Source: Mobula hypostoma
Taxonomy: Eukaryota
Reading direction: 5' to 3'
DNA: 64,000 bases
Assembly: GCF_963921235.1 (NCBI RefSeq)
Contig: NC_086097.1
Coordinates: forward strand, 113,400,001 to 113,464,000
Positions 37,271 to 50,960 of the stretch are shown here, piece after piece (the first letter of the stretch is position 1; each line of letters opens with the position of its first letter). A model generated the notes under the pieces. The model was not told the origin of the DNA and made no database searches. It saw only the letters and a list, made by a program, of their open reading frames with translations. The translations under genes were made by a program, and so were the position numbers.

Positions 37271-37356
37271 TTATAATGCTATCAAGGCTTACAAGCAGGA
37301 TGGTTCTTCAACACAGCTTAGTGCTACTCAGCACCTCATCTCAGCTGCTGAAGCTG
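37271..37356 (+). CDS. SLC25A32: SLC25A32 exon 3, 86 nt
   Basis: ttacag acceptor. Encodes YNAIKAYKQDGSSTQLSATQHLISAAEA. Donor GTAAGT; phases are consistent with both neighbours. Confidence 0.95.
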
Positions 37357-37605
37357 GTAAGTATTCGGAAAATTTGCTTGACATGACGATACAGTATTGA
37401 TACTTTATATTTTAATAGTATCGGCGTTGCCCTCCAGAATGCTTTTATTCATTACTGTAATTGATAGTTTTATTTCATTATTGTAATTCTGACTTCACCA
37501 GAGAGGGATCATCTTACAGTGTACAGGTTATAGCAAACTTTTAGCCAAAAAGATCATTTCCATATTTAACTGCATTTTCATTTTTCTGTCTGTTCGGAAT
37601 AAGTA

Positions 37606-39055
37606 CAGTTGCAAGAAAAAGTTTGTGAACCCTTTGCAAGTACCTGGTTTTCTGCATTAATTACTCATAAAATTGGTCTGATCTTCATCTAAGTCACAAT
37701 AATAGATAAACAGTTTCTGCCTAAACTAATAATATACTTCTCATCAATACTGAGTACACCATTTAAACAATCACAGTCTAGGTTCAAAAAATTATGTGAA
37801 CCTCTGGGGTAATGCCTTCTAATAAAGTCATTTGGAGTCAGGTGTTCCAATCAATGAGATGAAATTGGAGGTGTAGAAGTGCTCTGCTCTATAACAGAGC
37901 CTACTCTTCTCAAGAAAGTTCTATTTATGTGCACAGGGCCTCATACAAAACAACTTTTAGAGGACATTAGAAGAACTGTAGCCGGTAAAGACTAAAGCAT
38001 TTCTAAAGACCTGAGTGCTCATCAGTAAGAGAAATTGTCTACGAATGGAGGAAATTCAGTACTGTTGCTACTCTCCCTAGGAGTAAGAAGGAAGAAGAAG
38101 GAATTCCTTAACTCCGATTGGAGTCATCAGGACGCCGTCATGACAGCGTTTTTTTTAGCAGGCTTTCTTATTTTTACGAGGCCAAGTGGCTAGCTGGACG
38201 CTTAACCCAGCACGGATGGAAAGTGTGCAAGGGAGCCAGCTAGATTGGAACTCCGCTCCAAAGTCCAGTGCTGATGCCACTACACTACCTCCTTAGGAGT
38301 GGGCGTCTTGCAAAGATCACAAAGTGCTGAAGGAGGTGAAAAAGAACCCAAGTGTGACAGCAAAAGACCTGTAGATATCTCTAGAATTGGCTAAACTCTC
38401 TATTCATGTGTCGATTACAAGAAAAACACTGAACAAGAATGGTGCACATGGAAGGACACCATGGAAACAACAACTGCTCTCAAAAAAAAATATTGCTGCA
38501 CGTCTCAAGTTTGCAGAGGATCGCTGGATGTTCCACAGCACTTCCGGAATAATGTTCTGTGGATAGATGAGACAAAAGTTGAACTTTTTGGCAGAAATGC
38601 ACATTGCTGTGTTTGGAAGATAAAGAGCACTACACAGCACACCAAATCCTCATCCCAACTGTGAAGCATGGTAAAAGGAGCATTATGGTTTGAAGCTGCT
38701 TTGTTGCCTCTGCACCTGGACCACTTGCAATTGTTGAGGGAACAATGAATTCAAAATTATATCCAGACATTTTACAGGAGAATAAGGGCAGCAGTCACCT
38801 GAAGCTTATTAGAAGTTGGGTGATGCAACAAGACAGGGCCTGAAAGACAAGTAAATCAACAACAGAATGGCTTAAAAAGAAGAAAATTTGTGGTTTGAAT
38901 TGGCCAAATCAGTGTCCAGACCTTAACCCATGACTTGAAGAGGGCTGTTCATACAAAGTATTCCCGAAATATTGATGTACTGAAACATTTTTGTTTGGAG
39001 GTCTGGTCTGAAGTTCCTGCTCGTCATTGTGCAATTCTGATCAGCAGCTACAGGT
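37606..39055 (+). mobile_element. Decayed Tc1 transposon, right end missing, with a SINE insertion
   Basis: TA+CAGTTGCAAGAAAAAGTTTGTGAACCC TIR. Transposase remnants NNVLWIDETKVELFG, TVKHG and WPNQCPDLNP. Confidence 0.85.
38085..38290 (-). mobile_element. tRNA SINE inserted in the Tc1
   Basis: (CTT)n tail on the minus strand and an imperfect TSD TCC(C/T)TAGGAGT on both sides. Homologous to the SINE at 20336. Confidence 0.65.
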
Positions 39056-42000
39056 AATGGTGTGCGTGTGTGTGTGTGTGTGTCCATTGGTTGGGGCTGA
39101 GCATGGATGTTGCATCCGAGTTGTCTGTGATATGCGGGCTAGGGCAGTACGATATGGAAGACAAGTTGTTGCCTGTGTAGCAGGCTCTCCCTCTCCCTCT
39201 CCACGCAGCTGATGAATTCAAAGGGATGGCAGTAGGTATTCTAGAAATACTCAAACGGATAGCAACTGTGGAGAAAGAAACCGTTAATAAGTTCATCAGC
39301 CTAAAACGATAACTCTAATTTTCTACATAGAAATGCGACCTCAATAGCTGAGTATTTCTGGCATTTCTTTATTTTATATTTTTCATTTTATTCATCTGCC
39401 AGAGGTAAATGAATAAAATAATAAAAGGTCCAAAATGATAGAGGTACATAAAATAGATCAATATCGGTATCTCAGAACTGTGCAGTTTGTTAGTACTTTG
39501 AAATGTGTTGCAATAAAATTGTTTTTGTCAATCTGTTTATTAATTATGAATCAGATTTTCACCATCATGTTTAATTGAAGATCCTGTTGGTCAGATATCC
39601 TTGGCCCTTTGTTTCTCTTCAATTCCCTGCAACCATATTGGGCCAAAAATATTGTTAGGATTTTGAGAATAAAAAAGTTAATTTATTTTGAATGTTTTCA
39701 AAATATGATGTGAAGTTCATCTAGAATATTAGCAAATTGCATATAATGTTAACTGGGAAAACTAGGAAATTCATATAACCCAAGGCCACTTTAAAGAGGC
39801 GTTTATTCCAAAATTTTAGCTGTTATTGGGATATGAGCTGTAGTAACTTTGAACTGTATGTCATAGAGCCTGCAGAAGAGTTTCCATTATTATAGACAAA
39901 TAAGCTTTTGTTTCATTTCCAAACAATACATTCTTGAAAGAAGTATGTTATATTTCCCATTTATATCACTTGTATTTGCACCTAATTATCAAAGAAGTCC
40001 ATTTGGCCTGTGTTGTCTCTGTTGGCTCTCAGTTTCCCATAGGCCTCATTTCCCCACTTGGTTTGTGTGTGTATTTGTAACCAGCAAAGATGGAATTCAT
40101 CTTTTAATGTCCATGGATTGTAATATTTATGTTTGGACAGCCTCTAAACTGTTTGGGTTTGACAGAAATAGTACACACAATTTTTTCAAATTTGATTAAA
40201 GTGACTAGTTGCTGATTCATTCTGTGTATTGTAGGAATCACCTTTTTAGAATATTAACTATGAGAATTTTATTAAAATAGTACTCTAGAATTTCAAATAG
40301 CTTAATGCTCTTTATGTCTGTGCTTTGTATGAGAAGGTCTCTTTCCAAAAATGAAAATTGGAAGTGGCCATTTCTCGATTTCATTCCTCTTCTGAATATC
40401 TGCATGTTATTTCTTTATTGAGATAAATCAACCGGTACTCTTTGGACTGTGGGAGGAAACCAGAGCACCTGGAAGAAACACAGAGGGACAGCATACAAAT
40501 TCCTTACATGCAGTGCCGGGAATTGAACCCGGGTCACTAATACTGTTAAAGCAATGTGCTAACCACTACGCTACTGTGCCACCCCTAGCTTGAGAAGTAT
40601 GATCAACCATATCATTTATTGTGTAACACTATCGTTTCCTATTGTTGGGTGATATTTGATGAAGCTGTATACCTGTCATTGTAAGCTGATAAAAAAGGTT
40701 TGATAACAGAAATTGTTCTGCAGCTGGGCAGTTTGAAACATAAATCAGATTCTCACATATGATGTCTATAGTCCATTGCAGAGCAGTGTGGAGACTACAT
40801 GCTCATTCTGGTGCTTACTTGTAACCATTACTAAAACTTTACTGAGCTGCTCTGCCGCCTTAGAATGTGGGGGCTTCTTAAGGTGGATATGTGTTTGTTG
40901 ATTCCCTTGCACTGGAGCTGGTGCATGGAAGGAGATCACTGTAGCAGACTATGCAACCCCTACCCTACCCCCCCCCAAAAAAAGTCATCTCCCTCACTGC
41001 AAAGACTATAGGGAGCTACACTCCTATTTCACCACTCTAAGGTTAACCAACTTACTGTTTAGTCTCAGGCCCACTACTCTGCCAGTCAAAGCTGTCTACA
41101 GGTGGTTGTGTCTGATTAGTACCACATTTCATAGTTTGCTGTGCAATGCACTACTGTAGGATAATGAAATGGGTGACAGATGACACATACTGATCCAGGA
41201 CATGCTCTCTTCTCACTTCTGCCATCAGGAAGAAGGTACAAGAGTCTTATCAGTAGGTTCAGGAACAGCTATTACCCCTCAACCATCAGACTCTCGAACC
41301 AGTTGGGATAACTTCACTCAACCTCATTCACCCCATCACTGAACTGTTCCCTCAATCTATGGTCTCTTTTGAGGACTCCTCATTTCACATTCTTGATATT
41401 TGTTGCTTACTTGTTTAATTTTTATTTATTTTTCCTTTGTACTTCCACAGTTTGTTGTCGTTTGCACATTGGTTGTTTGTCTGCCCTGTTGGGTGCAGTC
41501 TTTCATTGGTTCTGTTATTTCTTGGGGATAACTTCACTCAACTTCACTTGCCCTATCACTGAAATGTCCCCAGAACCTATGGACTCACTTTCAAGGACTC
41601 TTCGTCTCACGTTCTTGATACTTCATGTTGGGACAGTCTTCCTGCATGTTATAAGACTGCAAGTATTGAACTAGCCTTCTCCTGTGTGGTCTTTTTATGA
41701 TGCAACCAATGTACTGTGTGATACAAGATTCTGGTGAATCAACTGAATAGATTTATTCATTTTCTAGCTGATTATTGTGTGTAGTGACTTCAAAGTTAAG
41801 TTGTAGGGTAGTGTTTGGGGTGATAGATTCAATGACATGTGGCTACCAACCAATCAGACATTGATTCATTGTCTTCTGATGGCTCCTGCTCTCCACGTGA
41901 ACCTTTGGTGCTGGTGAACCTGCAAATTTCAGGATAGCAATAGAAACCATAAAGGAATTGTGTACAAATGCCAAATCTAAAATTTTCAATACTGGAGTGC

Positions 42001-42958
42001 ATGATGTGGAGGAACCATGAGATGCTTGTGTACCACAAATGTTGCTACTTGGTCCTGTGGACTGTGAGCTATAATTTGTGGCTCCTCCAGTGCACATCAG
42101 GGGTCGGGGGTGGGGGGGTGCTTTTCCTCCAAGTAGATTAGTCTCTGACACTGAGAGGGCTCCCTTACTGCTAGGAGCAAGATTTCTTGTAATGTACTGT
42201 ACAATATAGAGGCTTACTAATTAGGTGTATCCTGGGCATGGTTCGCTGATTTAATATTTCTGGCTCTGATGTAGTGAGTGACAGGGGATGGCTATCTTTC
42301 TGGTTATTGAATTTGTGGGAGTGAGATCTAGTGCCATTGTGCTACAAATATTGCTACTTGAGCAGTACATCCCAGTAGCCAAAGCTTTCAAATTGCATAC
42401 ATCTTGTTTTGGTTTGCTTCAGTTTTGGAGGTTGGTTCCACAGCCATCTGTTTGTTGTTGCTCTCTATGGTCAATACCCTGTCCTTGGAACAAAGGACCC
42501 ATCTCTCCTATGAATATCCACTGTGAGGTTTTGAGGACTCCCTCAAATAAGTGGAATATTGCCTTTTTATTTGCCTCTTTCTTCATTTTTTTTTCCTGTT
42601 ACATTAACCTCTCAGTGTCAGAGACACATTAATGGTTCATACCTTTGCTTAGGTTCCTCTAGAGCTGAAGGCTATGTTGCAGTCGCAATGGCATGTGCAA
42701 ATGTCAGTTGAACTTTTAATGGGTCACATAAAAGAAATCAGTTGAAAGAAGAACACGTGCGCTATTCAAGAGATAAATAAAGAACATGGAGCATTGTTCT
42801 AATGCTTCTATTTCAGAGCATGTTATTTCTGAATCAGTTTTTAAAAAGCTCTTTGGTTTGATATTAAGCTATATTTGATTTATTTTAATATTAAATTGTA
42901 CTGTTACTTAAATTAAGTATTTCAAGTAATAGAAGTAAATTTATCTGTTTCTGTGTAG

Positions 42959-43119
42959 GTGCAATGACTCTTTGCATTACAAATCCAATTTGGGTGACAA
43001 AGACACGATTGGTTCTGCAGTACGAAGCAGCTGTTGATCCATCAAAGAGAGTGTACAAAGGCATGTTTCATGCCCTTTTCAAAATATATCAGAATGAAGG
43101 TATTCATGGACTTTACAAG
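42959..43119 (+). CDS. SLC25A32: SLC25A32 exon 4, 161 nt
   Basis: tgtag acceptor. Encodes (G)[61 protein letters not shown] has the Trp typical of folate/FAD carriers. Donor GTGAGA. Confidence 0.96.
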
Positions 43120-43292
43120 GTGAGATAATGGCAGCAGTAAGTTTTCTTTGAAGTTGCTAAGTATTTAATAAGAAAAAAATTTGTAATAGAAAATTGATAA
43201 GTTGGTATATTATTATGACTCGTACAAAGTGGAAAAACTTTATCTGCATGACATCCATACAGATCATTTCATCACATTAATACACTGAGCTA

Positions 43293-44103
43293 CAGGTTGA
43301 GTACCCCAATCCAAAATTCCTAAATCCAAAGTTCATTTTTGAGGGCTGACATGACAATACAAATGGAAAATTCCATAAGGTGCTGAGAAGGTTCCCAGGC
43401 AATGCACAGGTCTCTGTGCACCACGGACAATTCTGAGAAGTGATCTCACACATGCAGTGAACGGAAGTTAATGAAAAATACAAAAACACTGCATAAAGCG
43501 AAAAATGAAGATCTCAATCGTGTACCATCAGTGTTGGAGTCAACATATTCTGCTTAACAGTATGATGATCATGAAACAAGCAAAAATCTATCACAACAAA
43601 CTGAAAATCAAAGGTTATTGTGAATATTCAGCAGGGTGGTTGCAGAAATTTAAGAAAAGATGTAGCATTAAATTTTTAAAGCATCTGCTGATCACAAAAA
43701 TCTTAACACCAGACCACGTCTACAATGCTGATTATTTTTATACCTTACATGAAACCTTAAAAAAAAGGGGTAAAATACAAATACAGTGTACTGTAACCTT
43801 TTATTCAAAACATGGCATCGCAGGTGGCGGCTGGAAGCCTGGCGTTGTTTATTGTTCAACAGCTGATTCAGGTATTCTCCTGATGCTGCCTTGTTGCTTT
43901 TGTTACCCTGCACACACTATATTTTCATTATATTAATGATAGGTAATAATTTTTATTGTGTGATGAACAAGTGTAAGACAAAGACACTTACTGGTAGCAC
44001 ATCAATTCAGAGTTGGAAATGATGGTGATCCAATGCTATTTCATTATACATTGCACAATCTGAAACACTTCTGGCCCTCAGCATTTTGGATTAAAAAAAA
44101 CTG
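43293..44103 (+). mobile_element. Tigger/pogo-derived internally deleted DNA transposon
   Basis: TA+CAGGTTGAGTACCCC left end and a decayed right end ...CTG+TA. CENP-B-type HTH remnant SAGWLQKFKKR and DHVYNAD (ORF 43505-43936). Confidence 0.8.
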
Positions 44104-46099
44104 TAGTACAAGGGAAAAGCAGTAATAGAATGCAAAATAAAGTGTTACGGAGAATTTTTATTGTGAGGTGATTGTGCTTACTTGTTATAAGTTGCATAGA
44201 AATTAATGGTGAGGTGATCGTGCTCATCACTATTACAGTATAGGAGCTAGAATAAGATATTCAGCCACTAGAGCCTTCTCTGCCAAGAAAAAAAAATCAT
44301 GGCAGAGAAATGAAAATGAAATAATACAGCACCTTTCCTGCGTCAATATTATTTTTGTCCCTTTTCCCATATCACTGGTTCCTCTAATAAAGCATGTTTA
44401 AGAATTCTGCCAATTTTTTGATTCAGATCATTTTATGATAAACTGAGTATGAAACTAAAATGGATTACATGGGGAATAGCAGTGGAAAGAAGGTACCAGT
44501 GGGATTAGTGTCGAGCCCCTGTGAGTATTGCCTCTTGACAGGCCAACACTTAAAATGTAACAAATAACCTGCTAGTGGAGCTCTGGGTGGAGTAGCATTT
44601 GTCTGATGGTGGTGGGGGAGTGGAATTTGTTGATATTTTGTGTTGAAATTATGCATCAGGCATTGTAGTACACATTTGTCTTCAAAGTTCAAAGTAAATG
44701 TATTATCAAAGTTCATATATGTCACCGTACACAACCCTGAGATTTGTGAAAGACCCCACCCAACAGGATGGACAGTCAACCAATGTGCAAGAGCTGACTA
44801 AGTGTGCAAATACAGTAGAGAAAATATAATGATTATAAATAAGCAATAAATATCAGGAACATGAGATTGAGTCCTTGAAAGCGAGTCCATTGCTTAAATG
44901 TATTCAGACAAAGGATTAATAGGAGACCAGGATCAGAATCAGGTTTAATATCACTGGCATATGTCATGAAATAATGTTGTTTTGTAGCAGCAATACATTG
45001 CAATCCATAATAAAACTATAAAATCTGTATTTTGCATATTTTAGCCCAGCTACACTAGGGGTAATTTACAGCATCTAATTAAGGTAACAGCAGATATGAC
45101 TCTGCTGTGTGAGAGGGATCCAGAAGAGCCAGTGGAAATCCCCAAGGTAATAAGAAAAACGTGCAGACTCTGAAGGTCAGAACTGAACATGGGTTGCTGG
45201 AGCTTTGATGCAGCTGCACTGGCTGCAACTGCCCTCTGCAAACAATGGCATGCAGCATCAGGTAAATCTGGCATCTGTGGAGTCAGGATTGCATTCTTGT
45301 CAGTAACGACTATTTATCAGTGCCAAAAAGATGTCTTAAATAAACTCCAATACAGAGTTAACTTGTGTGTTTAATATGTTGTACATACTGTGTAACATTA
45401 ACTAAGTCGCTTGTCTGGCACTTAAAGTATCCTGAATGCCCTGCCTTTGACGTTCAGCCAGCACGAAAATGCAGTGTGATCTTGCCTCCATGTTTCCCAC
45501 TCAAGGTCTTGGCCTCCCTTGCTAATAATTGCATGCTAGGACAAAGTAGAAAAGAGAGCTTGCCTGAAAGTTATGGTGATAATCATTAGAGAAATCAAAT
45601 AGATAAGGTTAAAATATTTTCGTAATAGTGTTTAAACTGGTCTCATTTTGGAGGGATATCAAATGATCATTATATTGAACTATTGCATTTATATTAAGAG
45701 AGAAGAACTCAAATAAGAGCCAATATGAGGGCATAGATGCAGAGCTAACTAAAGTGATCTGGCAAATTAGAATGAAGTGTCTTTTGAGATGGAAAGTCAT
45801 ATATTTAAGGGAATCTTTAAGGATTCAATTCAAGTTCAAGTACATTTGTTATCAACGTATGTATAAACTATACAACCTTGATTTGTCTGCGTACATGCAG
45901 CCACAAAACAAGAAACCCGAAATAACACTTTTTAAAAGAAATAAAGACCGACACTCAATGCTCAGAGAAAGAGGGGAAAAAAAAACAAAAAGCATGCAAA
46001 CAATAGAAGCGAGCATGGCATTCCAAACCAAACAGATTTACATGTACATAGAATGGATACAGTCCAGCAAGAAAGCAAAATCCCACCTGCCACGAGTCA

Positions 46100-47670
46100 G
46101 AGTTGTACAGCACAGAAACAGGTTCTTTGGATTTGTCCCCTTTGAATATGTATCTTTCTGTGCCTTGCCTATTTAACTGCCTGTTCAAACACCTGAAGCA
46201 CAATTGTGTCAGATTCTGATACACTTTGGCCACACGTTTCAGATAAACCACTTTTTTGTGATGTGGTCTTTTTCTTAAACTTAAACTTTCCCCTCAAACC
46301 CCTTTAAAAGTCCTCAGTCACACCTTAAACCTATGCCCTCTTGTTTTTGGTGCTCCTAAGAGAAATTCTGACCTTCTATCCTATCTATGTTTCTTTTTGG
46401 GCCACAATTTGGCTTCCTTTTAGCTCCAGTGAAAACAAACTCAGTTTATCAAATCTCTCCCCTTAACTAAATTCCTGAAATCCAGGCAACAGCCTGATTA
46501 ATCTCCCCTCTTCTTTCTCCAGTGCAACCAAGTTTTTCCTATTATGTACGAGAACTGTACACAATACTCCAAGTCTAACCAGCATTTTGCAAAGTAGTAA
46601 TGTAACATCCCGATTTTTATATTCTGTGACCTGATCTATGAAGGCAGATATGCCACATGCTACCTTCACCACCCTATCTACCGGTGTTCCCACTTTCTGG
46701 GAACTATGGACTTAAAACCCCAAGGTCCTTCAGTTAATTCATAGTGCCCTATCAGTTATTGTATATATTCCATACCTGTCTGATTCCCCAACTTTTTGGG
46801 ATTACATACTATCTGTCAACAGTCTGTCAGTTCTCCATTTGATCTAAGCCCTGCTGTAGTCTGGGATATCTAACTCACTGTACAGCACACCGCCAAATTT
46901 CATGTCATCCTCAAACTTACTAACTTCTGCCTCCTACATTCCTATCAAGTCATTGATAAATCACAAACAGCAAGGGTTCTAGCACCAATCCTTGTACATC
47001 ATTCAATAAGAATCCCTCTGCTACTTCTCTCTGCCTCCTATTATCAGGACAATTTTCAATTTGGTTAGCTAGCTTGCTTTGGCTTTCATGTGCCTTAACT
47101 GTCTGAACTAGACAGCCTGTGGGACTTTGTTTATCTGGATCAACTTTACTAAAGCATTTAACACCTACCACCTTGCCTTCATTAATCTTCTTAGTCCCCT
47201 CCTGCCTTTGTTACCTGCAGTTAACAAAAATAAAGGTGGTGTCAGTGCTGAGGAAAGAAAGTATGTAACATATACAAAGACAGGTAGCAGATCAGATGAT
47301 GAGATATGTGATAAAAAAAATGGAATTGATTGACTATAAGATTATGAAGGAAGGTGTCGCATTTTGATCAGTCAAAATAGGGTAATACTTACACAATTAA
47401 GTGGTAGTCCCCTGGAGTGCATTACAGATCAGAAACCTAGAGGTACAGGTGCATGGTTCCTTGAAAGTGGTGACACAGGTAGAAGGTGAAGAAGTCTGCT
47501 TGCCTTCATGTTTGGAGCGTTGAGTATAGGAGTCGGTATGTAATGTTACAGCTATACAAGTCATTGGTGACACTACCCTTGTGTTCTTTTCTAATCACCC
47601 AACTATAGGAAGGATGTCATTAAGTGGGAAAGAGTACAGAAAAGATTCATAAAAATGTTGCCAGACTTGT
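46100..47670. mobile_element. Heavily decayed CR1 fragments (minus about 46100-47200, plus about 47320-47670)
   Basis: Residual CR1 RT and 3' motifs. Boundaries are approximate. Confidence 0.6.
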
Positions 47671-47796
47671 GCTATTTTTTTAAAATCTGTTTTTTTTAAT
47701 CTAGTTGATGGTACTTAATTGAATTACAGTACATCCACAGAAAAATTTAATGCCGGAGGTATATACTAAACTCTTGTTGTATCTGCATTTGTGTAG

Positions 47797-47910
47797 GGAT
47801 TTGTACCTGGGCTTTTTGGTACATCGCACGGTGCTCTCCAGTTCATGGCTTATGAGGAGCTGAAGAAAGAATACAATAATTACAAGAATCGGGCAGCAAG
47901 TGCAAAACTA
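47797..47910 (+). CDS. SLC25A32: SLC25A32 exon 5, 114 nt
   Basis: tgtag acceptor. Encodes [38 protein letters not shown]. Donor GTGAGT. Confidence 0.96.
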
Positions 47911-47965
47911 GTGAGTTTGTTTTTCACGGCATGGTTGAAACTAATAAATGCACTTACAGTGCCTT

Positions 47966-49745
47966 TCTAACTAAATTCCTTGTTGTCAATATCCACTGCT
48001 TTGCCTTCATCAACTTCCCTGGTAACTTCCTTGAAAAACGCTTTAAGATTGGTTAGACATGACCTACTGCGCACAAAGCCAGGTTGACCATCCCTAATTA
48101 GACCCTGTCTAGCCGAATACTTGTACATTTGGATCCTTAGAATACTTTCCAATAACTTACCTGCTACTGATGTTAGGCTTACTGATCCATTATTTCCTGG
48201 CTTGTTGTTAAAGCCTTTCATAAATAACGAGCAACATTAGCTGTCCTCCAATCCTCGGGCTCCTCTCCCATGACTAAGGATGTTTTAAATAGTGCCCTGC
48301 AGTTTCTGCACTAGCCTCCCAAAGAGTCGAAGGGAACGTCTTGTCAAGACCTGGGAATGTATCCACCCTAATTTTTCTCAAACACATTTTCTGTGATCTG
48401 TATAGGGTCCATGACCTCACTGCTGCTTTGCCTCACTTCTAGAGACTCCCTGTCCATCTCCTGAGTAAATATAGATGCAAATAAAGCATTTAAGATCTAA
48501 TTTCTTTTTGTTCCTTGCATAGATGACCTCTCAGATATTTGCTCTCCTTTTGCTCTTAATCTATCTGTAGAAGCTGTAGTTGTTCTTCACCTTGTCTGCT
48601 AGAGCAACCTCGTGTCTTTTAATCCCTTTGATTTCCTTCTTAAGTGTTCTCTTGCATTTCTTATACTCAATAACTTCATTTGCTACTTTCTGCCTGTACC
48701 TGCTATTCACCTTCTTCTTAACCATGGCCTCAAGATATCTTGACCACCAAGGATCCTTAAACATATTATCCTTGTGCCTTTTATTCTGACAGGAACATAA
48801 ACTCTATGCTCTCAAAATTTCACTTTTGATAGCCTCTCACTTACCAAGTGCATTTTTGCCAGAAAATAACCCATCCCAATCCAACTTGCCAAATCCTTTC
48901 TGATACCATCAAAAATGGCCTTTCACCAATTTAGAATCTCAACCCAAAGACCAGACCTATCCTTCTCCGTAATTATCTTGAAACTAATGGCGCGATGATC
49001 TCCAGGTGCAAAGTGTTCCCCCACACAAAGTTCTGATACCTGCCCCATCACATTTCCTAAGTAGAAGATCTGATATTACTCTTTCTGGTTGGGACCTCCA
49101 TGTACTGATTAAGGAAACTTTTCTGAGTACATTTGACAGACTCTATCCCATCCTGACCTTTTACAACATGAGAGTCATAGTTAATATGGGGGAAGTTAAA
49201 ATCACGTACCATCGCAACCTTATATTCTTCGCAACTGTCTTCAGTCTCTACAAACTTGCTCCTCTAAATCCTGTGAACTGTTGGGTGGTCTATAATATAA
49301 TCCCTCTAATGTTGTCATCCCTTTCTCATTCCTCATTTCTACCCATATAACCTCCACTCTGTTCTGTTGGAGCACTGCCGTCACATTTCCCTGACTCATC
49401 ATGCCACCATTCCCCTCTTTAATCTCTCCCATTCTATCATGTCTAAAGAACCGGACCCTAGAACATTGAATGCTGCCCCACTTGCAAACAAGTCTCACTA
49501 ATGTCTACAATGTCACATGCTGATCCATATCCTAAGCTCATCCACCTTTCCTACAATACTCCTTGCATTGAAATGTACACAACTCAGGGCATTGGTCCCA
49601 ACATGCTCAATCTATCATTGCTTACTTTGTACGTAGGCTTAACAACGTCTTTCCCCAAACTACTCCACTATCAGTTCTGGCACTCTGGTTCCCATCCCCC
49701 GCAACTGTAGTCCCTGTGCAGCATTAGCAAACCTTCCGTAAGGAA
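47966..49745 (-). mobile_element. Old CR1 fragment spanning the ORF1/ORF2 junction, EN and early RT
   Basis: Remnants IWVEMRN..YYRPPNS, SVSLTSVAGKLLE and SCLTNL. The junction-like motif GGGGGATGGGAACCAG lies at about 49686-49701. Confidence 0.8.
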
Positions 49746-50259
49746 AGCAGCAACAGTAAGATGGTGACATTTTGTAGGCAGCAAACAAAACTACAAACTA
49801 TTCTATTAATTATACTACTTATAATTATTTGGGAAAGTTTTCTGGACTTTGATCACTGCAATCCACAGCCTGTAATTTCCATTTGGGAGTTGTGTTTTTG
49901 AACCATCTATACAACTTGCTGTTTTTGTGGCATTCTGAAGGATTCAGCGATTAGACTCTCTAGAATGCAGGTACAGCCACAGTGGCCAGTGCTGGAGTGG
50001 ACTTGGGTATGAATTGAAATGGTGGAGCCCAGGCCCGAGAGAGGAAAACAAACTGATATTTAGCTGACAACACTGAGCCAGATAAAAAAAATAATCAAGG
50101 GGTTGAGGCAGAGGTCTTCAGCTCACTAATCCAAGAGGCTTTATTCACTTCAGCACTGAACTGGGTCCGTGGCTGTGGCCTGCAACCATCAGGCTCCTGG
50201 ACCACTTGTAGCACTGGAATTGCTTCGCAGCTGTGGACTGTATGGCTGCATAATTCATG

Positions 50260-50960
50260 AGGTGCTTACACAAGGCCTGAGTGTGCACCCTGAGGTCGTT
50301 CGTTCCATTCCGAATAAGGCTGCTGCACATTGAGTGGTTCCCAGGAGTTGGGGAGGTATCTGGTGGAGTTTAGAATGGTGTGTCTGTTTCAGAGTCTGGT
50401 GTTGGACATCTGAACACTGTAGTCTGCTCAACAATGCCATATTGTCTTTGATGCTGCCTTGGAGGGAATACTTGACCTTCAAATGCACTTCGTAGATTTT
50501 GTAAAGATAGTATTGGTGTATTTTTTCAATGCCTAGAGATGCTTGCAATTGATAATCCAGACCTCAGAAGCACGTAGAAGAACCTCTGCTGCCCATTACA
50601 ACATGAGTTTTGCACTAGGTCTGAGGTCTTGGCCTTCAAATACCTTTCTCAACTGACCAAAGACACTACTAGCACAATGAAGGAGCTAGTGATTTTCAGC
50701 ACTTATGGCTACTTTTACCAAGAGAAAGTTGCCAAGATGTGGGAAGTGGCCTGTGTTTTCCAGGGTCGTCTTGTTGCTGTTGTTGGAGGGTGGTGCGGTG
50801 CAGCAGAGGAGCTGGTACATAGAAGACCTTGCTCTTCTGAACGGTAAGCGTAAGACCCATTCTCTTATGAATGGTGAGCCAATTGATAATATCTTGGGCT
50901 TTAAGCATGCAGAAATGCCTGCATCATCTGCATTCTGCAGCTAAACCACTGACTAAGGTT
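50260..50960 (-). mobile_element. Decayed RTE/BovB-like LINE fragment
   Basis: Degenerate RTE C-terminal-like remnants on the minus strand. Recognised by eye only. Confidence 0.4.

Noticed and set aside
39205..39240. CTGATGA as a possible additional hammerhead core
   Set aside because: No downstream stem II/GAAA/NUH arrangement; it is a truncated SINE fragment.
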